Assembly (NCBI GenBank): GCA_009103225.1
Contig: RHPI01000818.1
Span: 249,520-313,519, forward strand
Reading direction: 5' to 3'
DNA: 64,000 nt
DNA from: Chlorokybus atmophyticus
Taxonomy: Eukaryota; Plantae; Mesostigma and Chlorokybus algae
Both the position numbers and the translations under genes were made by a program. This document shows, piece after piece, positions 1-14,277 of this stretch (the stretch's first letter is position 1; each line of letters starts with the position of its first letter). The notes beneath the pieces were generated by a model. It was not told where the DNA came from. It ran no database searches and saw nothing but the letters and a program-made list of their open reading frames with translations.

Positions 1-8
1 ATAACCGC

Positions 9-2229
9 ATGCAAATCGCATACCTGACGCAAGAGTTTGACGTGGTACCCACGCGCACTGTGCGAGAAGAGTTCATGAGTGCGTTTGCAGAGCAACTCGC
101 TGTCCAGAAGGAGATTGAAGAAGTGCAAGTGGGCATTGAGAATGCTACCGAAGACATGGATCTGCTGACACAGCTGTTGGATAGGCTGGACGTGTTGCAG
201 CGAAAGGCAGAGTCGGTTGACTTGTACAGCATGGACAAATTCATAGACAAGATGATGCCCAGTTTAGGTTTCACCTCTGAAGACAATGATCGGTTAGTGG
301 CGTCCTTCAGTGGGGGTTGGCAGATGCGGATGTCCTTAGGAAAGGTATGCAGCGTGCACTGATCGTTATGTGTTGCTGTGGTTGTCTGGCCTATTCAATA
401 GCATGCATTGGTGCTGCCAGATATTGCTACAAGAGCCAGACCTTTTGCTACTTGATGAGCCTACGAACCATCTGGACCTGGATGCGATTGAGTGGCTCGA
501 AGGTTACCTTAAGGGACTGGAAGTACCAATGGTCATAGTATCCCATGATCGAGAATTTCTGGATCAGCTATGTACGAAGATTGTGGAGACAGAGCTGGGA
601 GTGTCCACCACGTACTCTGGCAACTACAGCGAGTTTGTTCGCCAGAAACAGGTGGGTCAAGGCGTGTTGTCTGCATCATTCTTTGTTCCACATCACTCTA
701 CAGCAGTTGCATCGCACATACTCGTCGCAGTGTGATTGATGGTGCTGGGCGCTTGTGTGCAGGTGAACTTTGAGATGCAGATGGCAGCATACGAAAGGCA
801 GCAGAAGGAAATAGCACGACAGGAGGAGATGATAGCGCGGCTTGGAGCCGGTGCCAACGCAGGGCGCGCCACCACAGCAGAGAAGACGCTCGAGAAGCTG
901 GCTGCTGAGGGCCAGCTGGTGGAAAAGCCGTTCGTTCCCAAACAGAACCGGTTCAGGTTCCCGCAGACAGAGCGATCAGGAAGAGACGTGCTCAGGATAG
1001 AAGGCCTTACGCAGCTTTACGCCGACAAGGTTTTGTTTCAAGATGCTGAGCTCTTGGTTGAGCGAGGGGAGCGCATTGCTATTATTGGGCCAAATGGTTG
1101 CGGTAAGCAAATGGTTTTGCAGTCACTGCTTGCTGCAGTCCCATGCATGGCAACTGACAAGTTCTCTCTTCATTTGTTAGGGAAGTCAACACTGCTTCGA
1201 TTCATCATGGGTTTTGAGAAGCCGCAAGATGGCAAGGTGGAGTTGGGGATGCATCAGGTATGGTCACATGTCAGCTAGTTTCTGCTTTTGGGCTTGCTTT
1301 ATGTCTACGCTCTTCTGGACTGCCCACTTTTGCTGCCGTGCAACAACTCATCATTGCTTATCATAACACATCACTGACTCAGATGGTCATGGCTGACAGA
1401 TGAAGGCGAACTATTTTGAACAAAACCAAGCAGAGGCACTCGATTTGTCAAAGAGTGTGATTGGAACCATTGAAGATGTGGCATTTGACTGGTCGCAGCG
1501 GGACATCAAGGGCCTGCTGGGCAGGTTTCTCTTCAAGGGAGATGCATCTCACAAGAAAGTTGAGTGGCTGAGTGGAGGCGAGAAGGCGCGGCTCGCACTA
1601 GCAAAGTTTATGGTCACCCCTGCGAACGTGATGGTGCTCGATGAGCCCACCAACCATCTTGACATTCCATCCAAGGAGATGCTTGAAGATGCCCTTAGGA
1701 ACTTTGATGGCACTGTCATTGCAGTGTCCCATGATCGGTATTTCCTGAAGCAGGTTAGTGCACTCACAGTTCAGTCGACACGGGCACACATACACGAGCC
1801 CGCATGCATTAACACAGCAATACACCTGCATGAACCCAACCAATCTGTTGCACGCAGATTGTGACTCGCGTTGTTGAGGTCAAGGAGGGTAAGTTGGTCG
1901 ACTATGAGGGCGACTACGGGTATTACCTTGAGAAGAATGAGGACGCTGCTGAGCGCGAGGAAGTCCGTGAAGCCGCAAAGGTTGAGGTTGAAGCCAAGCC
2001 GAAGGCCAAGTCAAAGATGTCCAAGGCAAGTGACCATTTGGAATGTAACTGTTGCGGCTAAAAGTTCCAAGACAAAGTTTGTCGAGGTAGGTCACTCATG
2101 TCTGCGTCATTGCTGCTCGCTTCCTTTCAGGCTGAAAAGTCGCTTGACAAGAAGGAAAAGGCAAAGCAGTTTGGGTCTGGGGGCGCAGCAAAGGGTAAGA
2201 TTGCCAAGAACGCCAAGCGCTGGAACTGA
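9..2229 (+). CDS. ABCF5: ABC-F family ATPase (plastid ABCF5/EttA-like), 3' part; 5' end lies outside the window
   Basis: Exons 9-344, 421-651, 763-1102, 1181-1257, 1400-1753, 1858-2025 and 2131-2229 join in frame. Motifs: [47 protein letters not shown]. The C-terminus KNAKRWN* resembles plant ABCF5. The last intron is GC-AG. Confidence 0.9.
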
Positions 2230-5200
2230 CCTGCTGGTCTCAATTTGTACATTAGCTTATCTCTATTGATGGTACTGAGTAGCACTCGCTCAATGTGGCG
2301 CATTGTAGTCGGTTGTGTTCTAGTTGCTAGTAGTAGCTTGTAAGGTTGCAATAAGCATTCAATCGTAATCAGTTTGTGAGCCGTGTTTGGGCCAACGTTT
2401 GCAGCATGCCATACAGCGCAGTGTTTGTTGACGTAGTCATGGTTGAATGTGTCATGTTGATGCTGACAGGCTTCCACATGACACAAGTTGCTGGTGCATG
2501 GAGCAAGGACTCGTGCGTTGCACCACAGTTGCATACCAGTTCGATGGTCTGTTGTTGTTCGCTCACCGGGCGATAGCAAGGATAGCAGTGAGTGTGCAGT
2601 GCTCCAGCAGTGCTGTACAAATCGCAAGTACCACAGGATCCAAATAATGTGCCAGGGGCACAAATACCTCTCGCACAAACCATGTACGGCAAATATGGCA
2701 CAATCGATCAATATAGCGTAGGGAATACGCCTAGCCCATTGCAGTTTAACTGCAAGTTGTGCTGATCAACAGCACAGTATTTGGTCGGGACAGCCTACGA
2801 CGCCTATGTGCACATACACCCGTAGTTGTGGTACTGACTCGATTGGCACCTTGATACCTGTCATGACATGTCTTGACCAACATATGCGTGTCCTGCATTT
2901 TGTGTACAGCAGGCCTTCCTGGCCGTACCTGTACGATATCAAGAAGATGGTGATGTGTAGGATAACCGTCAGGCTGTTATCAGCATGCATATCAACACCA
3001 TGCATCACATGCAGCAAACCATACGCACCTCCTTGCTGCATATACGATCAGTGTTACAAGGCTCCGATCAGCACCTGAGTGTACAACTCCTGACCCCAAC
3101 ACCCACTCCTGCACAACATATAGCATACGACACCACTCAGTGCGAGTAATGGACTCTACATCAGCCAGTCCGACTGGCTGATATGCACCCTTGCAGCTCG
3201 CAACGCCGATGCTACCAGCCAAAATGGCTGAAGCTATTGCAGCTTGCATGGCCACCAACATGCGCTGATCATATCATGTCACGAAGCGTGGCATGAAGCA
3301 TGGCTCCAGCCCTGCGTGGACATCAATTGTTGCACAGCTGGTTTGTATGTATTGGTAGTCTTGAGAGCACCTTACCCTAGGAGCAACACCACACTGGTAT
3401 GCCACAGCACGGGCACGGGCATGACGTGCACACCCGCACGTGCGCGCTCATGCATCTGCGCACACCAAACAGGCCCTGCGTCAACTTGCAATCACACCTC
3501 ACCACAGCCACGCACTTGTGCTGGCCAGAGTCAAGGGCACTGCCAACTTGTCGTCCGTACCAAACCTGCATGTAGATGAAACTGATGCTTGCCTGGTAAA
3601 TGTCACATGTGTTGCGATGTATGCAAACGCGCACGCAGTGGACGTGCAGCAGCAACAACTGTGCTTTGCAACGCAGTACCAACACTACACGCATGTTTCT
3701 GTAGCAACGTTGGCGATGTGGCTGAGTCCGTGCACACGTAGGTGCGTGCAGCTGGGCAATGCGGGCAATGCAACCCCTCGCAAAAAGGAACACAAGCGAC
3801 TGCAGAGTTCGTGTGGGTGTGGGCAGTCCCAAAAGAACGCACGCATGCACAGACACATGCAAGCGCACACACGCACACACCCACACCCACACGCGAATGT
3901 CATCAACACCTCCCAACCATAGTCGCGCGCGCGCACGCACGCACGCACACATGCATGCATGCTTGCACCCACGCACGCAGCAACAGCAACTTGGATGGCA
4001 CCAACCCGCGAATGCCGATAGCTAGCGGCGAGCCACTTTCGATCAACTGCGCTACCAGGTTGTCCCTGTCTTATGATCTGATGGATGACCCTGATCCCTG
4101 AACTGGATACAAATGTTTGTAGCTGAACCACAAACCTGACTTGTGGTGCACAACTGCGTGTTACTTGACTTGCAAGACGAAGTAGATGGCAAGGGTACAT
4201 CTGGACTGAGTACGAATCTAACAATTGAAACGTTGGGCATGCTTTGTTGTGCTCTGAAAGCACACAGCAAGAGTGTTTGTGCCATATACACACAACCACT
4301 CGTCGCTGCATAAGTTGTGGCGTGCGAGCGTAAGTAATGCTCTGAGCCTACAGATGACATGCATAAACAACTTGTGCACACACACGTGTTAAGCGGGTGA
4401 TCAGGTAGGTGAACATGAAGTGATGACGGATTTTATATTATATTGGTGATGGTGATGACGCTGCTAAGTTTGACTGACGACAATGCCAGATCAGTTAACG
4501 TATCACCTGCAGTTGCCTGTTGGCTGCTCAGAAGGTGAAGAGGTGTGCCCCATCGCGCACATCACGCCAGTTGATGTGATCAAGATGACACAAATTGTGT
4601 AGTGTTGACTGCAGCCTAAAGCAAAGAACAAATGTTTCAGGCGTTGTCACACTCCATGCGCACGCATGCATGCTTACATATGCAGACGCCCACGCATGTG
4701 CACACACACACACACACGTGCGCGTGCTTGCGCACATAGGGGTGGTGCTGAGTGTTGAACATGGCAAACATGTGCAATGCACGGACTTGAAGGCTTGCAT
4801 TTCTCTGGAGACGTTTCCCTCCACTCACTCTCCACACCCAACCATCCACTCGAAGTGCGAGTGCGCGGAGTGTGGCGCACATACACACATACACACGCAC
4901 ACCCATGCACACACGCACAAGCGCCCACACAGAGAGAGAGAGAGAGAGAGATGTGTCAAACTGCTGACTGTACCCACCTGCCTTTGGACCCCGTTTTCAC
5001 GAGTTGAGACGCTGAACGCTGGTAAAACGGCTGGGCCAGCTAGAGATGAGCTCATCACCAACTCACGCTCTTCCCTGTGGTGTTGTTGTTGTTGTGCTTG
5101 CAGCAATCAGCACCGCCAATCTGCTGAGAGAGGTTGGCGGTGCTGACCTTTCGTCGGGGCGATAGGCTTGGCTGCTGCTGCTGCTGCTGCTGCTGCTTCT

Positions 5201-6099
5201 TCTTTTCTATCCGTTTCATCGAGGCCTTGTGCGAGGTACGGACACTGCGAGAGCTCAAGCTCGACAACCGTGCGTGCGATACGCGACGCCTGTCGTGTGC
5301 CAGCGCTTGGCCGTACTGAGCGCACCCTACGCTTCCGTACTGAGCGCACTCATCGCTTTGCAGGGGGAAAGCAGCGGCGGCGGCGGCGGCGGCGGCGGCG
5401 GCAGGGTGGCAGTAGCTGTCGTTGTCATTGTCGTGGTACTTCTGGTTGTGGTTGTTTGTCCACGTTGGGCTATCGGTATCGTGCACTTTGAGGTGGGCAA
5501 CTCAACACCCTGCGTTTTGTTTTCTCTTCTCCTGGGGGCGGAAGTGAGTTGACACTTGCCTGCAGCTTGGTTGTCAGTCTGAGATTGCAGCAAAGACATG
5601 TGCATGCAGCTGGACTGTTGTAGCGAGATCCGTAACTTGCATATCCTCACTTACGCAGTAGGCTTGTGTGCAATCCCCAGCCACCATACAAGCTGAACAG
5701 AGTCCAATGGTAGTCTAGTGAAAAGGAAGACAAGGACCAGGGACATGCTCGTTTTTGGCGTGTGGTGCTTGCTGCACTGAGGTTCAAAAGTTTACAAACA
5801 GGGAGTGTACTGTGCTGCTGATTCCTGTTGGCGGACAAGTTTCAGGTGGCAGCACACATGCACCTCTCCCTGATCATCACGCTGTGACTGACGCCAGCGG
5901 ACCCACAAGTGAGTGAGCCAAGTGCCACAACATTGAAACCCACTGCTCTTGCACACACATGCAAACGCACGAAGACGCACGCACATGCACGCGCATGCCT
6001 AGAATCACGTCATGCGCAGTGCGTGTGCACGTGGAGAGCGTGCACACGCGCACACCAACGCACACAAAAGTGCATGGTTAGCGTAAGGTATTACACTAT

Positions 6100-9000
6100 C
6101 AATCAGCAGTCTTCGTGGCCTGCCTGCTCGTGTGCACCCAAGCCAAGTTGAGTTGGAAAGTTGCGAGCACAGTGTCGAGGAAATCCATCGAATTACTCAA
6201 TTCACCAGACATGATCACTGCACTGTGGTCATGCGTGCATCAACCTCATTCAAGCTGCCCAGCTGGCGCGTGACTCAACGTCACACACTAGGACCTCCAA
6301 GTTGCAAAATGTTGAGTGCATGTTAACAGGGCGATCATAAAAGGTTGCGCAGGTTGTCGTGTTGTGTCACGGCCGTCATTATCAGTCACGATGACAAAGA
6401 GTAGTAGTAGCAGGAGGACGCTATTCTGCTTCTTGGTGGTCTGTGTACTTTGGTTGTGGTTGTGTACTGTTGTTGGAGAAAGGACACTGCTGTGGAGTTG
6501 GAGGCGTGCCTGTCAAGGTTCTGCTCAGGCCGGTAAGGCACACAACCACAACCACAACAACGGTTTCCAGAATACAGAACGTTTGCCTATATGCATGTAA
6601 GTTCAGCCTTGACGCCAAGTAGTGCTGCTTGCCCACTCGATTGGTAGCAGGCCAGTATCATATTGCCAGCATGTCCGTCTGCATACGTACCTACACACAT
6701 GCTCATGCGCACGTTCACACGCACGTGCGTGCAAACATACGTACACACACACGCGCGCGGGCGCGTGCACCCACCCACCCATGTACGGGCGCCCGCACGT
6801 GCACGCGCACACGCACACATACACAGAGGACAATGGCGTTTGTTTCAGGTCGTACCCAACACTCTGTTGCTTGCATATATGCTGGTATAACCCACACATG
6901 CATGGCCAGGGGATGCGTTGAATGTAGCAGTTGTAGGAGAAATGTTGTTGTGCCGCAGAGCAATGTACGAAGAGAAGGAGAACCACACGTGTGACGCAGT
7001 TCTCTACAACCTTGCAGAAGCGTTTGCAGCATCCCACCACACACCGGCACGCACTGCACGTGGCACATGCGTGTGCCACGCATGCACACGCACACGCATG
7101 CAGGTCTTGTGCTGCCTCTCTTCGCGCAGCCTTGCGAGCACAGGACACAGGTGAGTGTAACACACACTATGGCTGCACGTCGTGCATGCATCAGGGGAAG
7201 TGCACACTTGTCATGATGACGGTGGTGGTGGTGGTGGTGGTGATGGAGATGGTGATGGTGATGGTCGCAGAGTAGTAGTGTCATCAGGTGGCATGCCCCA
7301 AAACACAAGTGCGTCCCTGTGCAGCAACATGGACTTGAACTTTTCTCTCATACGCACATAATCGTGCACGCACAGATGCGTGCAGCGTAACAGACACTGC
7401 AGACAAGTTGTGACGTCGCACATGTTGCTACCTTAACGTTAGTTCATACGTGTGTTGGTTGAACTTCAAAGCAGGAAACGCAATCATGTTGGTATGTGTT
7501 ACCCGGTTTGCTTGCGTTCGTCAATGAAACAGGGCATTACCTGGCAGACGCAGAAGTTTGTCACTCAAGGGTCTTTCCCAAGCTGGCAGGTTAGTAACAC
7601 ATCATTGCATATTGCATTGCAGCGCTGCTGACAGTGGCCACTCCCACGTAGTGCCCAGATGTTCGCCTGTACACGTTGCACACACTTATAGACGCATACG
7701 CACACGCACATGCACGCGTGCATGACTACTAGTATATGGTGAACATAAGCAACAAGCCTAGGTAGGTGCAAGCCTCGCACCTACCTTAGCAAGTTTGTTG
7801 CTTGCCATTTCCCTACTAGAGTAGTCACGCTAAGCCCCATGCAAATGCGCACACGTGCACACGCACACAAGCGCGCATACATGCACGCACACATGCATAC
7901 ACACACGCATGCACATACGTATGACTGCATTGACTTGAACCAGTCGTGGCGGTCTACCGGCACGGATGCACTTAGTCTAAGTCACGTTGGAATGGTTGAT
8001 GGACATCGAGTGAAGTTGCTTAGATCACCAGATATCACTGCATCTTAGTCACGCGTACATCAACATCAAGCTGCTCAGCTTGTGGTCGTGTGACTCAACA
8101 ATGTTACGAGTTGGGGTCATGCAATATGACCCCCAACTCGTAACTTTGTTAACTTTGCGCACCTGTCCTTGCGTGCGTGCGTGCGTGCGTGCGCGTGTGC
8201 GTGTCGGCAGGGGAGCAACAAACATTACCCATGTTGTAGTTGATATCACATACGTTGTCACCCATCATGGTGACAGAGAGAAGGAGGAGGACTCATTCGT
8301 GTTGAACTGATTCAGATTTCGGTTGTGCTTGCTGTTGGCCATAGGCATCCAACCCTGGCCAGGGAAGGTGGAAGTGTGTCTGTCAAGGACCTGCTCCGGC
8401 TGAAGGTAAGCTACACACCTTGTACACATACACACGCGCACATACACACGCGCGCACTAACCAACGCACGCGCACATGCCCATGCGCACGCACAAGCATG
8501 TGTGCATACACAACCACATATAGTGTAATATAATATTGTATCAATATAACACTATAGTTGTATAGTGTACAAAACGATGACAACGGATGGGTTCGTGCCG
8601 TGCACCTGAACACTCCGTTGCTTGTGCATACCTCACAGGCGCAACACCATCCGCGGCAAGTGAGGAGTGGCAGCATCAGTCAGGTTGGGTACTGACTTGC
8701 ATCTCACAGCAGGGGCTAAACTCAACTTGGCAAGCCAGCATGGTGGAGCCTTGCTTCAACAGTCAGTGGTAAAGCGATGCGCATGGGGGCTTGGGGTGGA
8801 TGGCTTGTACAGATGGCCATGCACGCACGTGTGAGACTTGTTGTTGCCATAATTATCTGCAAGAGGAGTTGGAAGGGACACAGCCCCTCTACATCAATCG
8901 TGCAGAACCGTTGTTGAGCGGGCAGCAAAAGATAGCACAGGGCTCCCCGGCTCGACGCAAAGGAGGAGACAGAGGGTTTCCTGATGTGAGGCTTTGGACA

Positions 9001-12000
9001 CACGCGCACCCACGCACCCACTCGCACTCACAAGCACGCATGCACGCACGCAGGGCTTGTGCTGCCTCTCTTCTCCAGGTTGCCGCATGGAAGCTCTCTC
9101 TGCACCTGAGGAGCACAGGTGAGTAAGACAACGGCTGTGCGTGCATTATGCGCGCTTCCAGGGCATATGGACACCAGTCCTGATGTGATGGTGGTGATGA
9201 TGGCAGGGTAGTGGTGTCATCAGGCGGCATGTGATAACGACCCAAGTGTGAGTCCCTTGTGCAGCGTGACATTTGGCACCGTATTGTTACTAGGGAGGCA
9301 AGGCAGGCTCATTCATAACTGCAGGCGCTGCAGATTGCCGAGAAGAGCCCTTCTGTCTGATGCCAGCGTGCCCAACTGTGCGCAACTGCCCGACACTGCC
9401 ACTCACACATCGCTTGCCACAGGTTGCGCGTGCGTGCTTGCAAGCGCGTGTGTGCGCGGGTGCGGGTGCGGATGTGTGCGTGTGCTCGCGCGCGCGCGTA
9501 TGTGTGTGGGTCGGTGGGTGGGTGGGTGGTAAGCGCTTGGGTGGGGGTAGGGGTGGGCGTGGGGGTGCCACCCACACGGTGTGCGCGTGTGTCCACGGGG
9601 TCTCAATGAGGGCAGTGCCTTCGTTGTAGGGTATTTTCAAACATAAGCTTAGGCTCAAGCTTCCCCGTGTAATCAGGCGCATGGCTCATGCATACACGGT
9701 GATACACATGCAAGTACGTCTGAATCAGATCTGATGGCGCATACGGAGCAACTGCCTGTGTATTGTTGTTGCCACAAAGTTATGCAAGACAGGAGCAGCT
9801 ACCAACATTTACACTCCGCCAATGGCGACTAAGGTAGGGAAATTTTCTATGGATACATACTTTAGCTGCACGTGTGCACACGCGCACGCACACACACTGG
9901 TCTTATGCAGGAGATTACCTTAGCCGGCGAGGATGCTTTTGAGTTTTGACGTAGAGCCTCTCCTCCGAGATCACCAAGACTTTCTCCACCACCTCTGGCG
10001 ATCTTGGCGATGAGCCGCATGCGCATGCATCATTGCATCTTGTATGGGAGGACGCAAGCATCTCGTACACACATGCACACATACGCGGAGCAAAAACACT
10101 CGCATGCACGTGTCGCATGCGCACGTCCCCGCCACTCGAGCACGTCTTGTGCTACCTATCTTCTCCACACTGCGTGCGGGGAGTCTCCGCGCCTTGTGAC
10201 CATAGCACAGGTGAGGCATTCAAGCACGAGGCTCTACTCATTTCAAAGGGGTGCATCAGGGTCAATGAATGCAACCGCAACAACGGGGATGTATAATGGC
10301 AGACATTATTCTTGTCAGCCCAAATGCAAATTGACTTGAACATTAATGCAGGAAGGCTTCGCCATCAGCCAACGGCTGCATGGACTGCAGCAAGGCGCAT
10401 GCTTTGGTTTGGAGATTTGCATTGCATTGGACACATGCGTATTCTCTGCGCAGAGTCTCTGTCTGTGTGCACAGCAAGTACGGGAAACTGCTTTCACGCG
10501 CTTATAACCCCACTCCAACGCATGCATTCAGTGTGTCTGTGCTTGTTACAGATTCATTGAAACAGCGTGGCGGGCACCGTGTCTTTCGCAGCACGCTCAA
10601 CACGCTTGAAGATGGGGCGGGGGCATAGAGCCATGATAGAGGGGAAGTCACTGCTCAAAGCAGATATGGCACATGAGGACACTGCGAACTGTACTGTTGA
10701 TGTTCAACACTCGCAAGGGGGGGTACCTACCTTACTTGCATGCTCCCCTTCCAATAGGCGCATTTTACATCAGAACATCATGCGCTGGCAACTTGTGCAA
10801 GTATGGTCTTAACGGGACTGCATGTTCACTGTCAGATGGCGCATGCACCAACACGCATCCGTGTATGCACTGTGTGAGCGCACATTGCAGGCAGGTTGAT
10901 GTATACCATCTATAATAGTCATAGGTTGAGCTTCATCATACATGCAGTACGACTAGTCAGCTCTGTCATGGCTGCAGCATGCAGCCCACCTTTAGTGCAT
11001 GCACGATGCAGACTGACACATTTGCGCCTCCAAGCATAAATGCAGGTGGCCTCAACTCGACATTATACTTTCTGCTAGTACAGACGTTACAGATTCGCAT
11101 TGTCGTGGTCCTCGTGTTTGCTACGCAATGCACGCAACACGTCATTTGAAGCAAGTTATGAGTGGCAGCGTCATCGTTGGATGGGCACTGGTTTGTTTGC
11201 ATGTGATAGGAGGGGCTCACCTTGGTAGAACAGAATGTGGACCCTTTCTACAGCGCGGTGAAGCGATGCGCCAGTGGGCCCGATGTGGGTTGCTCGTGCA
11301 TATGGCTACACATGCGTGCATGTGAGACCATCTCATATGCACGCAACAGGTTGGTGTTGTTGCCACACACAAGGTTGGAATGCAGGAGCAAGCAGTCATC
11401 CGCAGCAACCTTCTCCCTACAGAAGCGTTTATATCATCCCATCAAACACCCGTCAGCGGGAGCATTAGCCCGCGCAAAGCGCTCCCTGGCTCAATGCAAA
11501 GGAGACTGAGGGGGGGAATTTCGAACAAAGGTTCAACACACACGCACTGCGTGCGTGCGTGGCACGCACGCACACGTGCACGCGGGTTTTGTGCTCCCTT
11601 TCTATCGTGTGTCGCACGCGGAAGCTCTCTCTGCGCCTTGCGCGAGCACATACAGGTAAGTGTACGATGGCCACGTCTACACCAGAGTCAGTCAGTGGAT
11701 AGTCAGTTATGGTGGAAGTACTGGCAGGTAATAAGCAACCCACAAGTGAGTGAGTCCCTGTGCAGCAACATTGACATGCTCCTTGACACATACACGCGCA
11801 TGCCCAAGCACAAGGGTGAGGGCGAAACAACTGTGTCGACACTGTGTCAACACACTGCGCAACCATGTGCGCCTCGACACACTACCAAATCTTGTCCGGG
11901 TTGTGTGACTGAAATGTCATGTAACGACAGACATCAAGTTGTATTGTGTTGCATGTTGACTGCACTACCTCAACCACGTTGGCACACAGTGTACCAACGT

Positions 12001-12500
12001 GGAGGTAGCAACTTGAACGTGAGTGTGAGGAGACAGGATGCTCTTGAATCTTGGTTGTTTTTTGTGTTTGTATTGGGGCATTGCTTGGCAGGGGAGGTGA
12101 GAGTTTGTCTGCCAAGGGTCCTTCTCAGCCTGCAGGTCAGCAACACAATGAATGTTGCATGTGGCACGCATAAAACGGTGCACCATAATGCCTGAGGTAG
12201 ATATCCCATGCACATGATTACAGACGCACGGTTGCCTGTGCAATTGTCGTTGCCACAAAGATATGCAAGACAGGAGCACTTATAGATGTGTGTGTGTACC
12301 CCGCCGTCAGACACCTTTTCATCATTCCACATAGTACGTTGATAGGAGTGCGACTGAGGTGGGGAGAAACCTTTTCTATGGCTTTCTATAGCTGCACGCG
12401 CACGCACTCGTTGTCGTAATGCAGGCGTCTATAACCTGGCGGGCGAGGATGCTCTTCAATTGTTATGCAGTGCGTCTTCTTTTTCTGGGGTAAGGTCCTT
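6100..12500 (+). repeat. Decayed direct tandem array of a ~1.9-kb intron-containing unit (at least 3-4 partial copies)
   Basis: The same blocks recur in the same orientation: CTTGTGCT(G/A/C)CCT...CACAG|GTGAG near 7100, 9055, 10140 and 11590; GTCAAGG..CTGCTC near 6510 and 8380; GTCCCT.GTGCAGC near 7315, 9255 and 11755; TTGCCACAAAG.TATGCAAGACAGGAGCA near 9770 and 12250. Boundaries are approximate. Confidence 0.7.
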
Positions 12501-13939
12501 CGTGTATGTTGTTGCCGCACACGCATCTCGTACGCACATGCATGCCAACGCAATCGCGCACACGCGCTGATGCAAGTACAGACGCAGGCGTTCATGCCCA
12601 CCCCACCCACCCACCCACCGACACACACCCCAACACCCTAACACACATTGTCACCCACAGACACAGAGTTCTGACTCATGCATGCGGTTATATACATGCA
12701 CAGCTTCGTCTGCTAAAACACATCTCATGGTGTATATGTGTAACAAGTGGGAACCTGCCCGTGCTTTTGCCAACATGAATGCGCACAAATGCGAACGCGA
12801 ATACAGATGCAGGTGCGCACTTACACATGCATGCGCACGCGCACAACAGACACACACAACGCACACGCACGCGCAAGCGCACGCACTCACACTCACACTC
12901 ACACTCACACAGTCTGCGCAGGAGTACAACTTGCCGAGCTCATATGCGTATACTCGCAGACAACATGCGCGAGCGCAGTCTTCAACTGGGATGCGCATGC
13001 AACCGGCAGATATGTACCAGGGTGACTGCACTCGCATTGTCTATGTTGCAAACATGTTGTGCGTATGTGCGTGGTCAAGGTGTCAGCAGCAAGTGGCTGA
13101 AGCTTTCAGGTTGGATGACACTGGGGTATTCGTATAGAGGTACACATAGTGTACACAGTATGTGTGCACATGCCATTGAGGACTCGGCAGTTTCTTTGGC
13201 CCCCCTTTTCAACAGATGCCTTGATAAGTTGGTGATGTGCGCAATAACATATGCATTGCTTGCGGGCGTGCAGGAGAGTTGACCTATCGTGTCCGCGTTG
13301 GTTTCTCTCAGCGTTTCTTTCTTTGTTGCAGGGATGGCGACGATGTGGCAGCAACGGCAGTTGGTCGGTGCAAGTGAGTGGGCCGCTATACCCTGCGCGC
13401 ATGTCTGTACCCAGTGTTTTGCACAGCACTGCATGTGTCGCAATGACTCCGCCGCATCCGGCAATTGTGTGTGAATGTGGGTGGGTGGGTGGGGGGTGGG
13501 GGGAGTGCATCGGCCGACACGTCCGTTGTGATAGTGTGGTGAGGTAGTGCGGTGTGAGGGTGGATAGTACGGGTGGAGTGCAATGTGTCACTCTGCTGTG
13601 CTAGAGAGCAGGACAGGACATGCTGTATATGTAGGGTGCACCCGTGTATACATGTCTTGGTCAGGCACGGACACATTTTACGTTCGCTGCTGTTTTCTGA
13701 TAATGTGAGTAGTGTTTGCCCATACATGTGTATATGTAGGGTGTTGTGTTTGTGTTTTGAGCTGCCCAGGTGGCCCCGCCACGAGGTGAGTGCGCGTAGG
13801 CCACACTCGATACTTTGCATGCGCTTGGCAGGCTTGGTCGTCAAGTAGGAGGCAGACGGCTTATCCCTCTGTCTTGTTGGCGGATACACACACATAGACA
13901 CACACGCGCACACGCACACGCACACGCCCGCACGCGTGC

Positions 13940-14277
13940 NNNNNNNNNNNNNNNNNNNNNNNNNNNNNNNNNNNNNNNNNNNNNNNNNNNNNNNNNNNNN
14001 NNNNNNNNNNNNNNNNNNNNNNNNNNNNNNNNNNNNNNNNNNNNNNNNNNNNNNNNNNNNNNNNNNNNNNNNNNNNNNNNNNNNNNNNNNNNNNNNNNNN
14101 NNNNNNNNNNNNNNNNNNNNNNNNNNNNNNNNNNNNNNNNNNNNNNNNNNNNNNNNNNNNNNNNNNNNNNNNNNNNNNNNNNNNNNNNNNNNNNNNNNNN
14201 NNNNNNNNNNNNNNNNNNNNNNNNNNNNNNNNNNNNNNNNNNNNNNNNNNNNNNNNNGGCCCCATGCGGGCTTTTGC
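13940..14277. other. Assembly gap (N run)
   Basis: Continuous run of N. Confidence 1.

Noticed and set aside
5055-5490. Poly-Ala/poly-Gln ORFs with a short 24-bp-spaced duplication
   Set aside because: Triplet repeats keep several frames open on both strands. No family or splice partner was found, so it is not called as a CDS.
3377-13860. Many 60-270 aa ORFs rich in H/T/A/R or C/V
   Set aside because: They are translations of CA/GT/CGCA microsatellites with no domain signal.
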